A DNA stretch of 64,000 nucleotides from Octopus vulgaris (lineage: Eukaryota): NCBI GenBank assembly GCA_951406725.2, contig OX597816.1, positions 137,330,001 to 137,394,000 on the forward strand, read 5' to 3'. The notes under the pieces were generated by a model. That model was given only the letters and a program-made list of their open reading frames with translations. It searched no databases and had not been told where the DNA came from. This document shows positions 41,349-55,177 of the stretch, piece after piece. Numbering within the stretch: the stretch's first letter is position 1; every line of letters begins with the position of its first letter. The position numbers were made by a program, and so were the translations under genes.

Positions 41349-41560
41349 AGAGTTTACGAAAAAACAAAAGACGAAGACAGGTGGTGTACAAAACAAACAG
41401 ATGCATAAGTATAACGCTCAGGAATAGAAAAAGTTTTTTACTTTTCGAGCCTACGCTCTTCTACAGAAAGGGACACAGAAAAAACAAGGAGAGAAAAAAT
41501 ATGTGTAGTGGCTGACGATCTTTCATGGAGTAACAATTCTGTTGTGTCTGGGGAGAGTCA
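41346..41560 (-). mobile_element. Family P1 hammerhead element; motif at 41435-41470
   Basis: Reverse complement cttt CTGTAGA a gagc gtag gctc GAAA ag TA aaaa; homologous to 17402-17720. Confidence 0.68.
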
Positions 41561-42497
41561 TTTTGTTTTTGTGCCTCCAAAAACGAAATATATATTAACA
41601 AGCTAATTGGCTAATCGCGACTCTAGCACCTGTTCTGGCACTATCAATCAATATATCGCTGGCAGGGAGATAAATAGCTACTGCTTCTAGCGGTTGGGTG
41701 TCCATCTTTGATAGGACCAAAGCTAGATCGAAATCGTGCTCTGGAGGTCTCGGCGTTGGAAGTAGTGGGTTTTTTTTCTCCCCGATAGAGATATAAAGAA
41801 GAGTACATTTTGCACCCAAAATGCCGATGTAAGAGTTTCTCTCATGACAACTACCGCGGTAAAGTTCGTTTTAATGGAACATTCACATTTAAATGAGGAT
41901 AAAGCTAATTCATGTATCAGAGGTGAAGAGAGTTTAATTGTTACTTCTTTCGATGGGTTTATAATAACCGCTTCAAATAACATGCTTTCAGGTAGACAGG
42001 ATAAAGCAGCAGTTCGTAAACATTTCCGTAGTCTGTGGTGAGTGACATGTAGTGTACCGCACACATTACATTCTTTCACACTTGCCTACCCTCCATCATC
42101 CGCCTACAGTTCCTACTTCCATCAACGCATGCTATGTCGGACCTAAACATTCACACACATTTAGAGATGCGTGCGCATACACAAACACGTAGATACACAG
42201 ACACACATTCATAGATTCACCTAAAGACGCATAGCGATGCGTACACTCAAGCACATATTCCTTCCTTACTGTGCGATAACCAAATGTCTTAAGTTGATTC
42301 GACTCTTCTACCCTGCGCATGCACTACCTACCGTCGCATGTAAGAGTATACGCTCGTCTGTATTAACATAAATATGGTAGATTGTTCAAATATTTGGGTA
42401 AGCGATACGCTAAATGTCACTCATTACGATTTAAGGAAACTTTTTTCTGTCTACCTAAGGACAGGTTATGTGAAGCCAATATTATATATCTGTGAAG

Positions 42498-43092
42498 GGC
42501 GGCGAGCTGACAGAAACGTTAGCGGTATTTCGTCTGCCGTTACGTTCTGAGTTCAAATTCCGCCGAGGTCAACTTTGCCTTTCATCCTTTCGGGGTCGCT
42601 TAAAACAGTAGCAGTTACGTACTGGGGTCGATATAATCGACTTAATCCGTTTGTCTGTCCTTGTTTGTCCCCTCTGTGTCTAGCCCCTTGTGGGTAATAA
42701 AGAAATTGGTATTTCGTCTGCCGTTACGTTCTGAGTTCAAATTCCGCCGAGGTCGACTTTGTCTTTCATCAGTTCGGGGTTGATAAATTAAGTACCAGTT
42801 ACGTACTGGCGTCAATGTAATCGACTTAATCCGTTTGTCTGTCCTTGTTTGTCCCCTCTATGTTTAGCCCCTTGTGTGCAATAAAGAAATAAGAATCGTT
42901 AACAAGCCGGAGAAAGTGCTTAGCGACATTTCGTCCGTCTTTACGTTCTGAGTTCAAATTCCATCGAGGTCGACTTTGTCTTTTATCCTTTCAGTGTCGA
43001 TTAAATAAGTACCAGTTGGACACTGGGGTCAATGAAAGCGATTTATTCCCTCTCTCGAAATTGCTGGCCTTGTGCCAAAATTAGTAACCAGT
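42498..43092 (+). mobile_element. Tandem SINE family A array (184-bp repeated unit plus a third short-tailed unit)
   Basis: Units restart at ggtatttcgtctgccgttacg (42524, 42708); third unit from ~42893. Confidence 0.9.
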
Positions 43093-43202
43093 ATTATAAA
43101 TCTATCAAATGAAGTGACTACTAACTCTCTTCACCTTAGATATATGATAGTGGCTGTTCGTATTCTAGTTGATATTCTTGCCTTTATTACTGTCATTGTT
43201 AG

Positions 43203-43420
43203 GGTGGTGAGCTGGCAGAATTGTTAGCACACCGGTCAAAATGCTTAGCAGCATTTCGTCCGTCTTCACGTCCTGAGTTTAAATTTCACCGAGGTTTACT
43301 TTGCCTTCCATCCACTCAGGGTCGATGAAATAAGTACCAGTTAAGTGCTGGGGTCGAGAGAATCGCCTTACTCCTCCCTCAAATTTCAGGCCTTGAGCCT
43401 ATAGTAGAAAGGATTATTAT
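43203..43420 (+). mobile_element. SINE family A, full length, (ATT)n tail
   Basis: ggtggtgagctggcagaattgttagc...gcctatagtagaaaggattattatt. Confidence 0.88.
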
Positions 43421-43466
43421 TGTTTCTCTCCCTCTCTCTCCCTCTGTCTGTCTATCTGTCTGTCTG

Positions 43467-43563
<97 letters not shown>

Positions 43564-44803
43564 GTGTACAAACATACATTTATATATGATATGACATGAT
43601 AAAAAGATAATGTTTGATCACTCGCATTCGTAGAAGTCACTAACTTCACCTATGCCTCTGCAAAAGTTTAAAGTCTATAAGGCTTACACAGCACCTCATA
43701 GACCCTTTTTACCCTATTTGTATAATCCATATATAAATAAAAATATATAATATTCGATACACGTATATATGAAGTTGAAATAATCTTGAAGGTGCAAAAC
43801 AATTTAGCTTCTAATCATTAAATATTTACGTTAAGCCCAACTTTTTATTTTGAAAGTGTTGCTTTAAAGTGTATTCATTACTTTTAAATTTTAGATGTTT
43901 TTCTTACTTTTATTATTTTGAAATTTTTATATTTCCTTTTTTTTTTTTGTTTTTGCTTTGGTTCCATATTCGATAATTTGCTGTTCCTAGCATCGTTCTC
44001 CTCAGCTGCAATCAATGGCTTACAGATTACTGATTCAGTTCATGTGCAAACAAATTTAACTAGCTGTTAATTTGTTCAGATTTGTCAAGAAAGTGATTGA
44101 GTCTCATGAATAAATCACTAAGTGTGAATTAATTCAAAAATAAACTAAAGAAAAAAAATTAACAGCCAAGCAACAACAAGAATAACAACGGTAAAAAAAA
44201 AATGAAAAAAACAAAAAAACAAAGCAAAAAAGCCCCCAGCTTCGGCAAAACACCACCAACACAATAATAACGACAAAGCAACTGTAGAAATAATGATAAC
44301 GAAAATAAGAACAATAAAAAGAACATCAACAAAGATAACAACACAACTACTAACGCCAAAGATAACAAAAAGAGCAAACAAGAACATGAACAGCAAAATG
44401 ACGAAGGCTGAAAGAAAAACAGATAAAGGAAAATATTTGATTGAAGCAGACGACACGGTGGAGTGGTGGGAGGAGGTTAAAGTGGAGGGAGGGAAGCAAC
44501 AAAATGGTTGAAATAAAATAATGAGCAACGGAAATTGGAACAACGATTATAGTAACGACAGCAACAGCAGCGACTTCGTAAAGATAAGAGAGTACAAGTT
44601 GGAGTAGACAGTAAGAGCGAAGGAGGCAGTAGTAGTATCGAGGATGACGATGATGGTGGTGGTGATAATGGGGATAATGACAACGACGACGAAGGTGTTC
44701 AAGGGTACAAAATTCACTCATTTTGGCGCAGATATGATCACTGAAATAGACTCCAAAATTTGGACAGTACATATTCATCGATCCTTCAAAGGTAATATTT
44801 GGA

Positions 44804-44811
44804 CTACTACA

Positions 44812-44862
<51 letters not shown>

Positions 44863-44917
44863 GCTGCTGCTGGTGCTGCTGCTGCTGCTGCTATTGCTGC
44901 TGCTGCTACTGCTGCTG

Positions 44918-44978
<61 letters not shown>
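44804..44978. repeat. (ACT)n-(GCT)n-(ACT)n compound trinucleotide repeat
   Basis: Direct reading. Confidence 0.95.
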
Positions 44979-44980
<2 letters not shown>

Positions 44981-45029
44981 CTTATAAACCACTAAGTATT
45001 CGACGTAATTCTACAAGCCGGCAGTGATC

Positions 45030-46550
45030 AGACACTGTACGAGTGAATGCACAACAGTTTCTGTCCTTTGCACGCATCTCGGGTAAGCGTGGCACTGCCA
45101 GGCTTGGGGTTTCTCGAAATTATCCATGGGCTCGACCCAAAAGTTCTCCAGAATAGACCAGCCAGTCGATTTTCGTCGACGCCCAGAATCTCACCGAGAA
45201 TGTCGTCGCTCTTGCCTTCCACGAAACCTCTATAGTTTCACCGACCGCAGTACTCGTCTGTGAATAACCATTCTCGGTCTACGCTTGATCCAGGACTGCA
45301 GCTCTGTCAAAGAGACGAGTTGTGGAAATACTCGCCTGAAAAACGTTAACAACACCTGTTTACTGTTCAGAAATTACTAGAGCTGTCGTAGATTCAGGGT
45401 ATGTAAGCGCCTCGTCAGTTACGGCATTCTCAGTCCTCTACTCAGCAGGTGTTGACAGCGACGCACTCCTTCTACAAAAAGCGGAAAAGTAGTCCGGTCA
45501 GACGTGAACTGGAGTGACGGTTAAACGGTTCAACCTTTCAGGGATAGTTTTGTCTCAACCCATTTCTGGGTGAAATCAATCACTTTACCCGTCACTTTGT
45601 CTCAGTTTTTCTCCACTTGGAGATCTGGACCAAACCAGAACCCAAAGAATTTAACCAGTTCATCCGTCCAACATCCTACGTCGCTGTTGGACAGCATAAA
45701 CCTACCTCTCCCGGTGCCGAGCGGCCGGTTCACTAATTTTTCTTGGTTTTTGCTCCTGTTACTCTTCGTAATTCCTTAGAGCAGTGCTAATTACTTCGGT
45801 GTGCTTGGTGTCCGACACTATGGCGGTGATGTTGTTCGCGCGTATCTTTACGGTTCTCCCGCTCAAAGTTTGCATCCTGAGATGCCTTTCCAAGTCTCTG
45901 GTTCTCGTAGTAATTGCTCAGAAGTCAGTACGTACAGAAATGAGAGGAGACAACCATGAGGAATGACCGCATAATACCACATGATTCCAATAGGTAACCA
46001 TTACACCCAAACTACTGAGCGGGTGTTACTGTACATTCGAGCAATCCAACCGCAATGACACATATGCCAAGTTCCTTACCACCCCCTCTATGATGTGTAG
46101 GATAGGTGAAAGTTGTTGAGGATACACCTGTTTGGGATGGCACATGTTTGTGCATCTTCAGACTAATCTTTGCTAATACGTCGATCAAAATCTTGGGTTT
46201 TGCGTTTAACAAAACATTTCAATATGATCCCACTTGTTTGGGTCCTTTCTCAGAAGTGCCGCCGCTTCTCGACTTACAAAACTGAGAATTCTCACATTCT
46301 GCTGTCAGTTGTGGTAAAAATGTCAGCTAAATGCTTTCCAAAGAAATCTGGCAAGTAAAAATAAACCTCGCAGGGAAGACCATCCGAACAGGTGCTTTGC
46401 CTCCGTGCATGCAATCATCGCTTCCCGTATTTCCGCAATTGATATCAGCTTTTCGCAACACTTTGCCTCTCTTGCTGAGAGACAACAGGCCGTTGAAAAG
46501 CCATACACAATGCTCGGATTCGTGTAACATGTGCTCATCATAGTCAATTA
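45030..46550 (-). mobile_element. Tx1/L1-like LINE RT plus zinc-finger fragment, decayed
   Basis: ISIAEIREAM; LNAKPKILIDVLAK (LLNxDYKILAKVL-like); VKFFGFWFGPDLQVEKN; C..RTETVVHSLVQC. Confidence 0.7.
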
Positions 46551-47402
46551 AGGACGAAATAAGTCTTTGTTGTCACGTTGCTCTTGCAACCGTAAATAAG
46601 ATGGTCTGTTTCGATATTTTTTGAGCTGTGGCTGTCTTTCATGGTCTTTGGAGTTGATTAGGATATGTATGTTCTGAAAAATTCCAGCTAGAGTTTATGC
46701 TAGCCACTTTCTCAAATTGTACCACGAAAGGTGTCACTGACAAAGAGTCAACGTTGTCCTCGTTTTTTTCTTTCTTGAATTTGTATGATAGCTTCGGGTA
46801 AAATTGTCTTATTTATAACAGTCCTGCCGCATTGTTTTTCTTTCCACCAGATGTTCACCAGATGCTCCATATCCAATGTCCATCTTATCAAGTATTATTG
46901 GTAAAGGACGAGACAGATTTTCTATTAAGAAATACAATTATTTTCACTTGACAAGATTTGTGTTTGCATTTTTGCTCCGAATGTTCAAGTCAATATTGTG
47001 ATCAACAGTTACCATTATTTAACACAATGTCCGTATTTCTTCTTTATATCTGTCTGTTGGCTGTCTTGTCCAATCCTCGATCTTAAAGAATATATAATTT
47101 CATGTTCCCTTTCTCGATCGATGGAAACTACACCATTTTTTGCTCTTTTTAGAGACATAACATGGAACGACACCAGGTTTTTGGATGGGCAGAGATATAT
47201 TTTTTTCTTCAGGTCGTTTCTTCAATAAAATCAGCTTGCAAGGAAGAAGATTTCGTGATATATCTGTCCCACGTTCTTTTTTGTTTTGTTCTGAGTGCTG
47301 GTTCATAGCTAGAATTAACATTGACAGTCGAATTGTTGCTTGTTTACTGTTTGTAAAACTGTCTCTTTTTCTGTGCAGTACAAAGGTTCGAATTTGCATG
47401 AT

Positions 47403-47642
47403 TTAACTCTAAGGGGTTGAATGAAGCATTCGGCTTACTCTGACATATGTAAAGCTTATTCAGTCACATTGTTTTCAATTAATCATGCATTATTTCGTAG
47501 CTTTGAAATTTTGACAAGCTAACTGTTAATTTTGAAAATGATGTTGTAGGGTTGGTGTGAGAAGCCGGATCTAGTCAGTTTGAGCATAAAACAAGCAGAA
47601 TATTTTGGCTGGATATGGCCGGTTTAAATACTAACGGGTTAA
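47403..47642. mobile_element. Possible piggyBac-type MITE
   Basis: TTAA at both ends; right end aatactaacgggttaa; left terminus degraded. Confidence 0.45.
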
Positions 47643-47802
47643 GTTTCGCCATTCTTACTCTATTTTTGACAAATGTTTTTTTCTTTATTTCGTGTTTGTA
47701 AAATGTTCCAAGACCTGTGTATCTGTTTATGCATCCTCTCTTGGTCGACAGTGATATTCCCAATGTTGTGGTCTGTTCAGACTAACGGTGAAAAATGTGG
47801 AA

Positions 47803-47845
<43 letters not shown>

Positions 47846-47846
47846 A

Positions 47847-48010
47847 AGTGGCTGTGTGGTAAGTAGTTTGCTTACAAATCGCATGGCTCCGGGTTCAGTC
47901 CCACTGCGTCGCACCTTGGGCAAGTGTTCTTCTACTATGGTCTCGGGTCGACCAAAGCCTTGTGAGTGAATTTGGTAGACGGAAACTGAAAGAAGCCCGT
48001 CGTATATATG

Positions 48011-48057
<47 letters not shown>

Positions 48058-48270
48058 ATGTTTGTGTGTCTGTGTTTGTCCCCCCAACATCGCTTGACAA
48101 CCGATGCTGATGTGTTTACGTCCCCGTAACTTAGCGGTTCGGTAAAAGAGACCGATAGAATAAGTACTAGGCTTCCAAAGAAAAAGTCCTGGGGTCGATT
48201 TGCTCGACTAAAGGCGGTGCTCCAGCATGGCCACAGTCAAATGACTGAAACAAGTAAAAGAGTAAAAGAG
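47847..48270 (+). mobile_element. SINE family B, near full length, internal (TA)n(TG)n
   Basis: Pol III A/B-like boxes, CORE-like accttgggcaagtg, tail (gtaaaaga)2. Confidence 0.9.
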
Positions 48271-48290
48271 TATATATATATATACACACA

Positions 48291-48502
48291 CAGGGTAGCC
48301 CAAAAGTAGGTTTACAGTTATCACGTAGGCAATTCAAATTTCTTTTAAAACATTTTATTATATTTAAATTTCTATTTTACAATCAACTAAATTAGCATAG
48401 AATAATGGTTTCATATCTTTTTATAATTAAAATCTAAACTGTCAATATATGAATGCAAAAGAGATAGTTGAATAACTGTAAACCTACTTTTGGGCCACCC
48501 TG
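48291..48502. mobile_element. Tc1/mariner MITE, 212 bp
   Basis: 31-bp TIRs cagggt(a/g)gcccaaaagtaggtttacagttat; TA on the right flank. Confidence 0.88.
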
Positions 48503-48518
48503 TACATACATACATACA

Positions 48519-48552
<34 letters not shown>

Positions 48553-48562
48553 CATACATACA

Positions 48563-48593
<31 letters not shown>

Positions 48594-49587
48594 GTTATAA
48601 GTACTAAACTCGGGCTTTTGTGCGTGTTTGATATTTTAGCCTGCTTCCGTAGAAATTGGTAAAAGAAAGTTTTACAAAGAAGTTGCGAGTTTTAAAGAAT
48701 ATTTAATATTTTCTATTTCATTAAACACATTTTGGGTTGGGATAGGAATTTTTTGTTACAAAATATAAAAATAAAACGAAACAAAACAAAAGCAAAGTAA
48801 AATTTTAAAAAAAAAAGAGTTACTCTTACACGATTAGCAAATTATGAAAATGTAAATTTGTGCAACAATGTGTTAATAACAAGGCGATTGGTAAACGGCA
48901 GGACCTATTGTGCATTTTGATCTGATTAATTTAATTTCTTCAAACAAAATGAAAACACAAAAGATTGAGATTCAATTTCCAGTCATCAATCAAAAATATT
49001 GCAAAGTAATTCCGCTCACGAGCTGATAGTATTTTCTCTCTGAAAGCAATAACACTTCAGCTAGCGTAGTTGTTAACACGCGGACTTTTTTTTCTAACGT
49101 TTTGGTTTCTCGTTGTTTGATCTTTTTATCCGTTCCCTTTTAGGTGATGCTAAATGAAAGCATTGGTTGTATTCCATTAGTGGTTTAGTGTTCAGGTAGG
49201 TTCATCTTTAATTAGTCTAATATTTCTAGTTAACAGTAAAAATCGCTATTTTTCTAATACAGTAGATGACACAGTGGTGTCAGTTAAATAATATAGTGCA
49301 TTACTAAAACTTCTAATTTGGTCTTTCACTCACCTAGCAGATGATTTCCTACTTCTCAAACTGTTAGAATACTTCAGCATCTTCAATACGTAACGGTGTG
49401 AACACCTGTCTGAAATTTCCTTTCTGTTTACCTACTTAGAATATCTGATTTGATTAGTGTGCACACGCAGTTACAGAGGTACGTCCATCCATCCATCCAT
49501 CCATCCATCCATCCATCCATCCATCCATCCATCCATCCATCCATGTGTGTATATATGTATATGTGTATGTTTGCGCGTATATATATA

Positions 49588-50878
49588 CGAGGGGCGTTCA
49601 ATAAGTAATGTCTCTGACCCACTTGCAGTTGTTTGATCTAGCTAAAATTTTGCATGTGCAATTATTTATATCTCTATGGATAAAGTGGCAAATTACAGCT
49701 CTGAACTAATTGTGGTTTCCGATTTACAGGTGTTTGAACTGAGTCAAGTGTGAAATAGAGCATGTTGAGTGTCGAGCAGTGATCCGGTTTTTGTATTTGA
49801 AAGGAGGCACACCACGGGAGACTTTTGATGAAATTAAAGTAACTTATGGTGATGATGCCCTATCATATGACGTTGTAAAACGCTGGCATCGTGAATTCAA
49901 ACATGGTCGGAACTCTGTGGAAACAGCTCCCAGATCTGGTCGCCCCCTTCTGCCATTGATGAGACATCTGTCTGTCAAGTTGAAGCTGCCATTTTGGAAG
50001 ATCGACGCATAACTATTCGCCAAATAGCCAATGAGGTCAAGATTAGTACCGGGTCTGTGGAAACTATTATTCATGACCATTTGCATATGCAAAAGGTGTC
50101 TGCCAGATGGATTCCCAGGTTGCTCACACCTTTCCGGAAGCAAGAACGCGTCGATTGCTCGAGGATGAATTTGGAGATGTGCCAAGAAGATGAGTCAAAA
50201 TTTTTCAAAAGACTGATTGCATAGGATAAAACCTGGGTCCATCACTATGATCCAGAGACCAAAGCCCAGTCAATGCAGTGGAAGTACCGTGACTCACCTC
50301 CTCCAAAGAAGGCAAGGGTGCAGCCCTCCGCTGGCAAGGTCATGCTTACAGTCTTCTGGGACCAGGACGAAGTAGTGAAGACAGATTTCCTGGCAAAGGG
50401 TGCCACAATTACAGGAGTCTATTATGCTTCACTTTTGAGGAAATTAAGAGAAGCTATCAAAATCAAGAGGCGGGGCAAGATCAGCAAAGGCATCCTCCTC
50501 CTGCAGGACAACGCTCCGATCCACAACTCGCGTGTCGCCAGATCAGAAGCACAGGCGTGCGGCTATGAACTCATCCCCATCCCCCCTACTCTCCTGAGCT
50601 TGCACCCTCTGATTTTCACCTCTTCCCAGCCATGAAGTTGTTTTTGAAAGGAAAGCGTTTCCCAGATGATGCAGCCTTGATTTCTGAAGTCACATCGTGG
50701 TTGGAGGACCAAGCTGGGGTCTTCTACAAAAACGGTCTTCAGAGCTGCATCAAACGATGGGAGAAATGCGTAACTCTGGGTGGTTCCTATGTAGAAAAAT
50801 ACTAATAACTGTTCCAAGTTTCGTTGCTCTACTGCTATGGGAAGTGGGTCAGGGGCATTACTTATTGAACGCCCCTCG
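49588..50878 (+). mobile_element. Full-length mariner (1291 bp) with pseudogenised transposase (~49755-50806)
   Basis: 37-bp TIRs cgaggggcgttcaataagtaatg..ctgacccactt with 2 mismatches; TA on both sides; WIPRLL, *DKTWVHHYDPETK, LLQDNA, YSPELAPSDF; frameshifts and a stop. Confidence 0.96.
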
Positions 50879-50932
50879 TATATATATATGTACACATATT
50901 TGCATATACACACATATATGTAAATATGTCTG

Positions 50933-51026
<94 letters not shown>

Positions 51027-51441
51027 CATCTGTCTGTCTACATAATAACAGTGTGACTCAAACCCACATGACTAGATATCTCTTGGGTGCGTAGGACAAG
51101 TCTAGGAACATGTTTCTACGCGGGCATGAAACTTCAAGAGATGTGGAGCTGAGTCAAACTATTATTAATAATACATGTAACTCTTGCCAAATATATAGAG
51201 TGCTACTTTCTTTCATTTGTGCACTCATTCGTATATATATATATATATAACTTAAAATTGTATGATAGATTGCCGTCAATTCATTCTCTCTTACCTGTTT
51301 GTGTCTGCCTTCCAATTGCTGTGTTTTTTACTGAGATCTCCCTTTTTAGTAGAAGAAATAGCTATAACTCTTTGACTGCTATTTCTAAATTCGGTCTGTG
51401 GTAAGGCAATTCGTTGCTAAACCCTTTATTGCTTAGTATTA

Positions 51442-51492
<51 letters not shown>

Positions 51493-51539
51493 GTACACAG
51501 AAATGCTTGCGCCTGGTCCCCGCTGCCTCCCTTGCTACT

Positions 51540-51760
51540 CTTCTCTCCAACCACTTCATTCTTTTCGGTCAATTCAGCATGTACAACCTTTAATCCAGAC
51601 AAGGTTTTCTTTCTCTCCGTCCTTTTTTCTCCCCTCATTCCTTTCTCGAAACGTCAAAGACTTCTTCCATTTTTCATGAGCATCAAATTAATACATTATT
51701 TTTGTTGTTCACTGGCCTGTCTTTGCCTTTTGCATTCTATATTCTTGTACAATTTTGTAC
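51540..51760 (+). mobile_element. Family P1 copy lacking the hammerhead 5' core
   Basis: ctcGAAAcgTCaaagactt...gagc.tca..taataca..gtctttgccttttg matches the reverse complement of 17402-17515. Confidence 0.5.
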
Positions 51761-51762
51761 CC

Positions 51763-51850
<88 letters not shown>

Positions 51851-51944
51851 GTACTATGTGTGTGTATATATGTGTGTGTGTGTGTGTGCGTGTGTATACA
51901 TATTTACATACATACATACATAAATGCATACATACATACATACA

Positions 51945-51976
<32 letters not shown>

Positions 51977-52149
51977 GACCGAAGAAAGCAACCCCTCTGA
52001 CGCTGCCAACTATTGACACTCCCTTTCAGTATCTCTATGGTGATGGAAACTACCATTCAAGCGCTCCCCTTAGTGACCACCAACAACTTCCTTTGAACTA
52101 GATTCACTGGAGACCAACGCTCTTATGTCACTCAACGGTGGAGAAATTT

Positions 52150-52700
52150 AGTGAAAGCAATGTTGTCTCCGTAAACATCAAGAAACCTCCTGACCGTGCC
52201 TAGCGTAGGAAACTTTTATCAAAATTGCTGCGTATGGTCTCTACTTGCCATACATTTCTTTGATCGGTATATTCCTATCTGATTACACTAGCTTGGCCCA
52301 TTATTTTCTTCTTTTCAAACATTAATGATCTATATGCCCTTATGACTGACAGCCCAAACCTACACAGATGATACTGTCCTTCATTCTTCTGGAACGTTTC
52401 CCACTATGCGTCTTCCATATGCAACATAGACACCATATACCAAACATGCACTAATTTCGTCAGCATGTGCCTCAAAACATCCTTCATTGGTTATATGTTA
52501 ATCTTATCTCTTTCAACAAAAATAAAACACCACGATATTCATGTCAAGAAAATAACATCACAGCACACTTGCTTTTAAGCACGAGAAATACAAGACAAGA
52601 GCTCTTACGGTCGATAAAAGTGTTGGGCTTTAATAGCAGCGATATCTGTCCCGGCTAAAGTACATCCTGGCTAAAGTACAGAATCAAAACCTAAAGTTCA
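52150..52700 (+). mobile_element. CR1/Jockey-group LINE RT relic
   Basis: LGPLFFF..NINDL ... TDDTVLHS motif remnants. Confidence 0.5.
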
Positions 52701-53348
52701 GTTCGTCTCTTGAAGGCCAAAGAAGAAAAAAAGCTTTTGTGTGCATGTATGTATATATGCAGATTTGTATGTTTTGTTTTATGTATGTATTCTCATACAC
52801 ATAATTGCATATCTAGACATGCTCATATATACTTAAATGATAAACTTCTGGAAAGTTTTACAGAATTTTACCGTTCTGGTGATGGCTTGGATCTGTTGTC
52901 TTCGAACGAACTTTCTCCTTTCTGGTTTTGAGAAGCTTATTTTCTCCAAATTGGTACTTAGGCAGTGCGTCACATATCCCAGTGCCCCAATAATTACAGG
53001 TATAAACTTGTAATCTGCATAGAATCGCTGTAGATTCCTCGTATGTATGTATGTCTGTCTGTCTGTCCGTCTGTCTGTCTGTTCATCCGTCTATCTAACT
53101 ATCTATCTACCCATCCATCCATCTATCCATCCGTACATACATACATACATACATACATACATACATACATACATACATACATACATACATACAAACATAC
53201 ATACATACATACATACATACATACATACATACATACATACATACATACATACAGACAGAATGTATGTCTGTGTATATATACTGAAAGCTGAATCTTCGTG
53301 AGTAGAAACTTAGTTTCATGTTGCCGCTTATCTGAACGTTTGGAATAA

Positions 53349-53443
53349 GCCTGAAGCAGCCTGATAATCTATAGACAGAAAAAAAATCACAGTTAAAAAG
53401 GTCTATATATATTCCGGATAGCCGAAAACCCCATAAGTAAGGC
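53349..53443 (+). ncRNA. Weak hammerhead-like motif with long stem II
   Basis: gc CTGAAGC agcc...tatagac/gtctata...gcc GAAA...TA aggc. Confidence 0.3.
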
Positions 53444-53626
53444 GACATTGAGTATTTTCTGTATTAAAAATAAAATAAACTTATGAAATATGTAGTTCTT
53501 ATACGAAAAATGTTGATGATATTTATTTTGTGTGAAGGAGATGTAGTTACGTGGAATGAAAGTAAAAGAGAGGGAGAAAGACACTGGGACGGAGGGAGAG
53601 AGAGAGAAAGGGAGAGTGTTAATGGG

Positions 53627-53657
<31 letters not shown>

Positions 53658-54516
53658 TGCAAGAGAATGACAAGAAATATCCGTGGATGAAGATACACAC
53701 AGACTGACAGACATATATACAGGCAGGCGGGTAGACAGGGCTTGATAGATATATATATACTCAGAAGCAAGAGTGAGTGTGAGACAAGGAGGGGGGGGGG
53801 AGAGAAAGAGAAAGAGAGAGGAAGAGAGAGATAGAGAGGGAGAAAGGTGGTAGAGAGATAGAGAGAGGAAGTGATTGCTGGAAAGAAATTAGAAGTAAAT
53901 AGTGTCAAAATATTTCCAGATTGTCTGACAAAGTGACAAACAGATTGAGAGTAAGAAAGGAGAGAGAATAAACGAGTAAGAATTAAAGATTTCTGAGAAC
54001 AATAATTTACTATTGTCACATGGATTAATATTTTATTCACTGGCGATTAGTGGAAAATTCTAAATGATTTGTTAAGAGGTTTAAGGTGTTGAATAAATAG
54101 TTCCGTTCTAATATGAGGTGTTAAATACTTTTGAAGCTGTGTAAAATAACGTTCAATATTTGTGGTGTCGTTGAGGTTATCAGCTATTTGTCTCCACTTT
54201 GCATTGAATACAGATATTAATTCCTTTAGAAGAATTAAGAATTTTTATTCTTCATTTTTACATTTCACAATTGCCAAACACATCTGACACCAAATACATC
54301 GGATTCCTGTATTATAAATCATAGCTTCCTATACTGACGCGGATACTGTTTTCTTGAATGTCTGCGCGCGTGAGGCATTTCTTTATATCTAAACGTAAAC
54401 TAATCTTGTGTTACATCAAATGTCAATTCTTTTTTTTTCTGGCAAAGCTGGAAAGTTAATTCTTTTACTAAATCGATCCATATCTTTAACTTGAAAGTAA
54501 TTGTTTATTTTTTTTT

Positions 54517-54918
54517 TTGCGTCATTTAAGAACACTAAATACGAAGAGGGGAGAACATAGATTGTTTACGACGGAAAGGGTTGTGGAAAGATCCATGCTA
54601 GGAATACCTTGGCAAGAGTATATCCAAAGTGAGAAAATTCTAGAATGGATCGAAGTGGATGACATGATAGCAGAATACAAAAAGCACAAATTAAGCTGGG
54701 CCGGAGGTCGCAAGGTTCACAGATACCGAGTTGTATCCAAGTGATCGGTAAGGTCACTCGAAAGTGACACGCCCCACGATGGGAAGACGGTTTAATAAAA
54801 CGCTTTGGGCCAAGATGGAAAAGAAAGTATGCTGCAATCAGGAAAGAATTAAAAGCGCATTGTGACCAGTGTCGTATAACAACATTCAGTAGTCTGGTCG
54901 GTATGGTGATCAGTGAAA
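54517..54918 (+). mobile_element. RTE LINE 3' end with 3' UTR
   Basis: RLFTTERVVERSMLGI...KKHKLSWAG; PRWED; tail gcattgtgaccag...gtctggtcggt..gtgatc. Confidence 0.75.
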
Positions 54919-55177
54919 TACCCATTGAGAACATTTTCTAACCCGTTATTAAAAAAGTAAACTTATTTTCAAAGATTAGCATCGATTAACAAGAATATGC
55001 ATGAACATAACAGAGATGATAGAGAAATTACTATCGGAATAAGATATTAGAGTTGCGGGTTCGTTATAAAAATATAAAACAGGTATGTTTAATTAAAATT
55101 AATGGTTCTATGTTATTCTTATATAAGATACATGTACTAATTCAGAGTATTTCTTTACAAACAGAATATAGTAGGAA

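Noticed and set aside
41595-42079. Overlapping ORFs as a host exon
   Set aside because: No convincing domain; the VAIYLP motif hints at a decayed LINE endonuclease but is too weak to call.
42498-43092. CRISPR-like repeat array
   Set aside because: Units are 184-bp SINE bodies without unique spacers; eukaryotic context and no cas genes.
44145-44778. Hydrophobic membrane-protein-like ORFs
   Set aside because: They are the antisense of low-complexity A-rich and trinucleotide sequence.
52880-52915. Additional hammerhead (ctggtga...tcgaacg)
   Set aside because: Core and stems are too poor to support.
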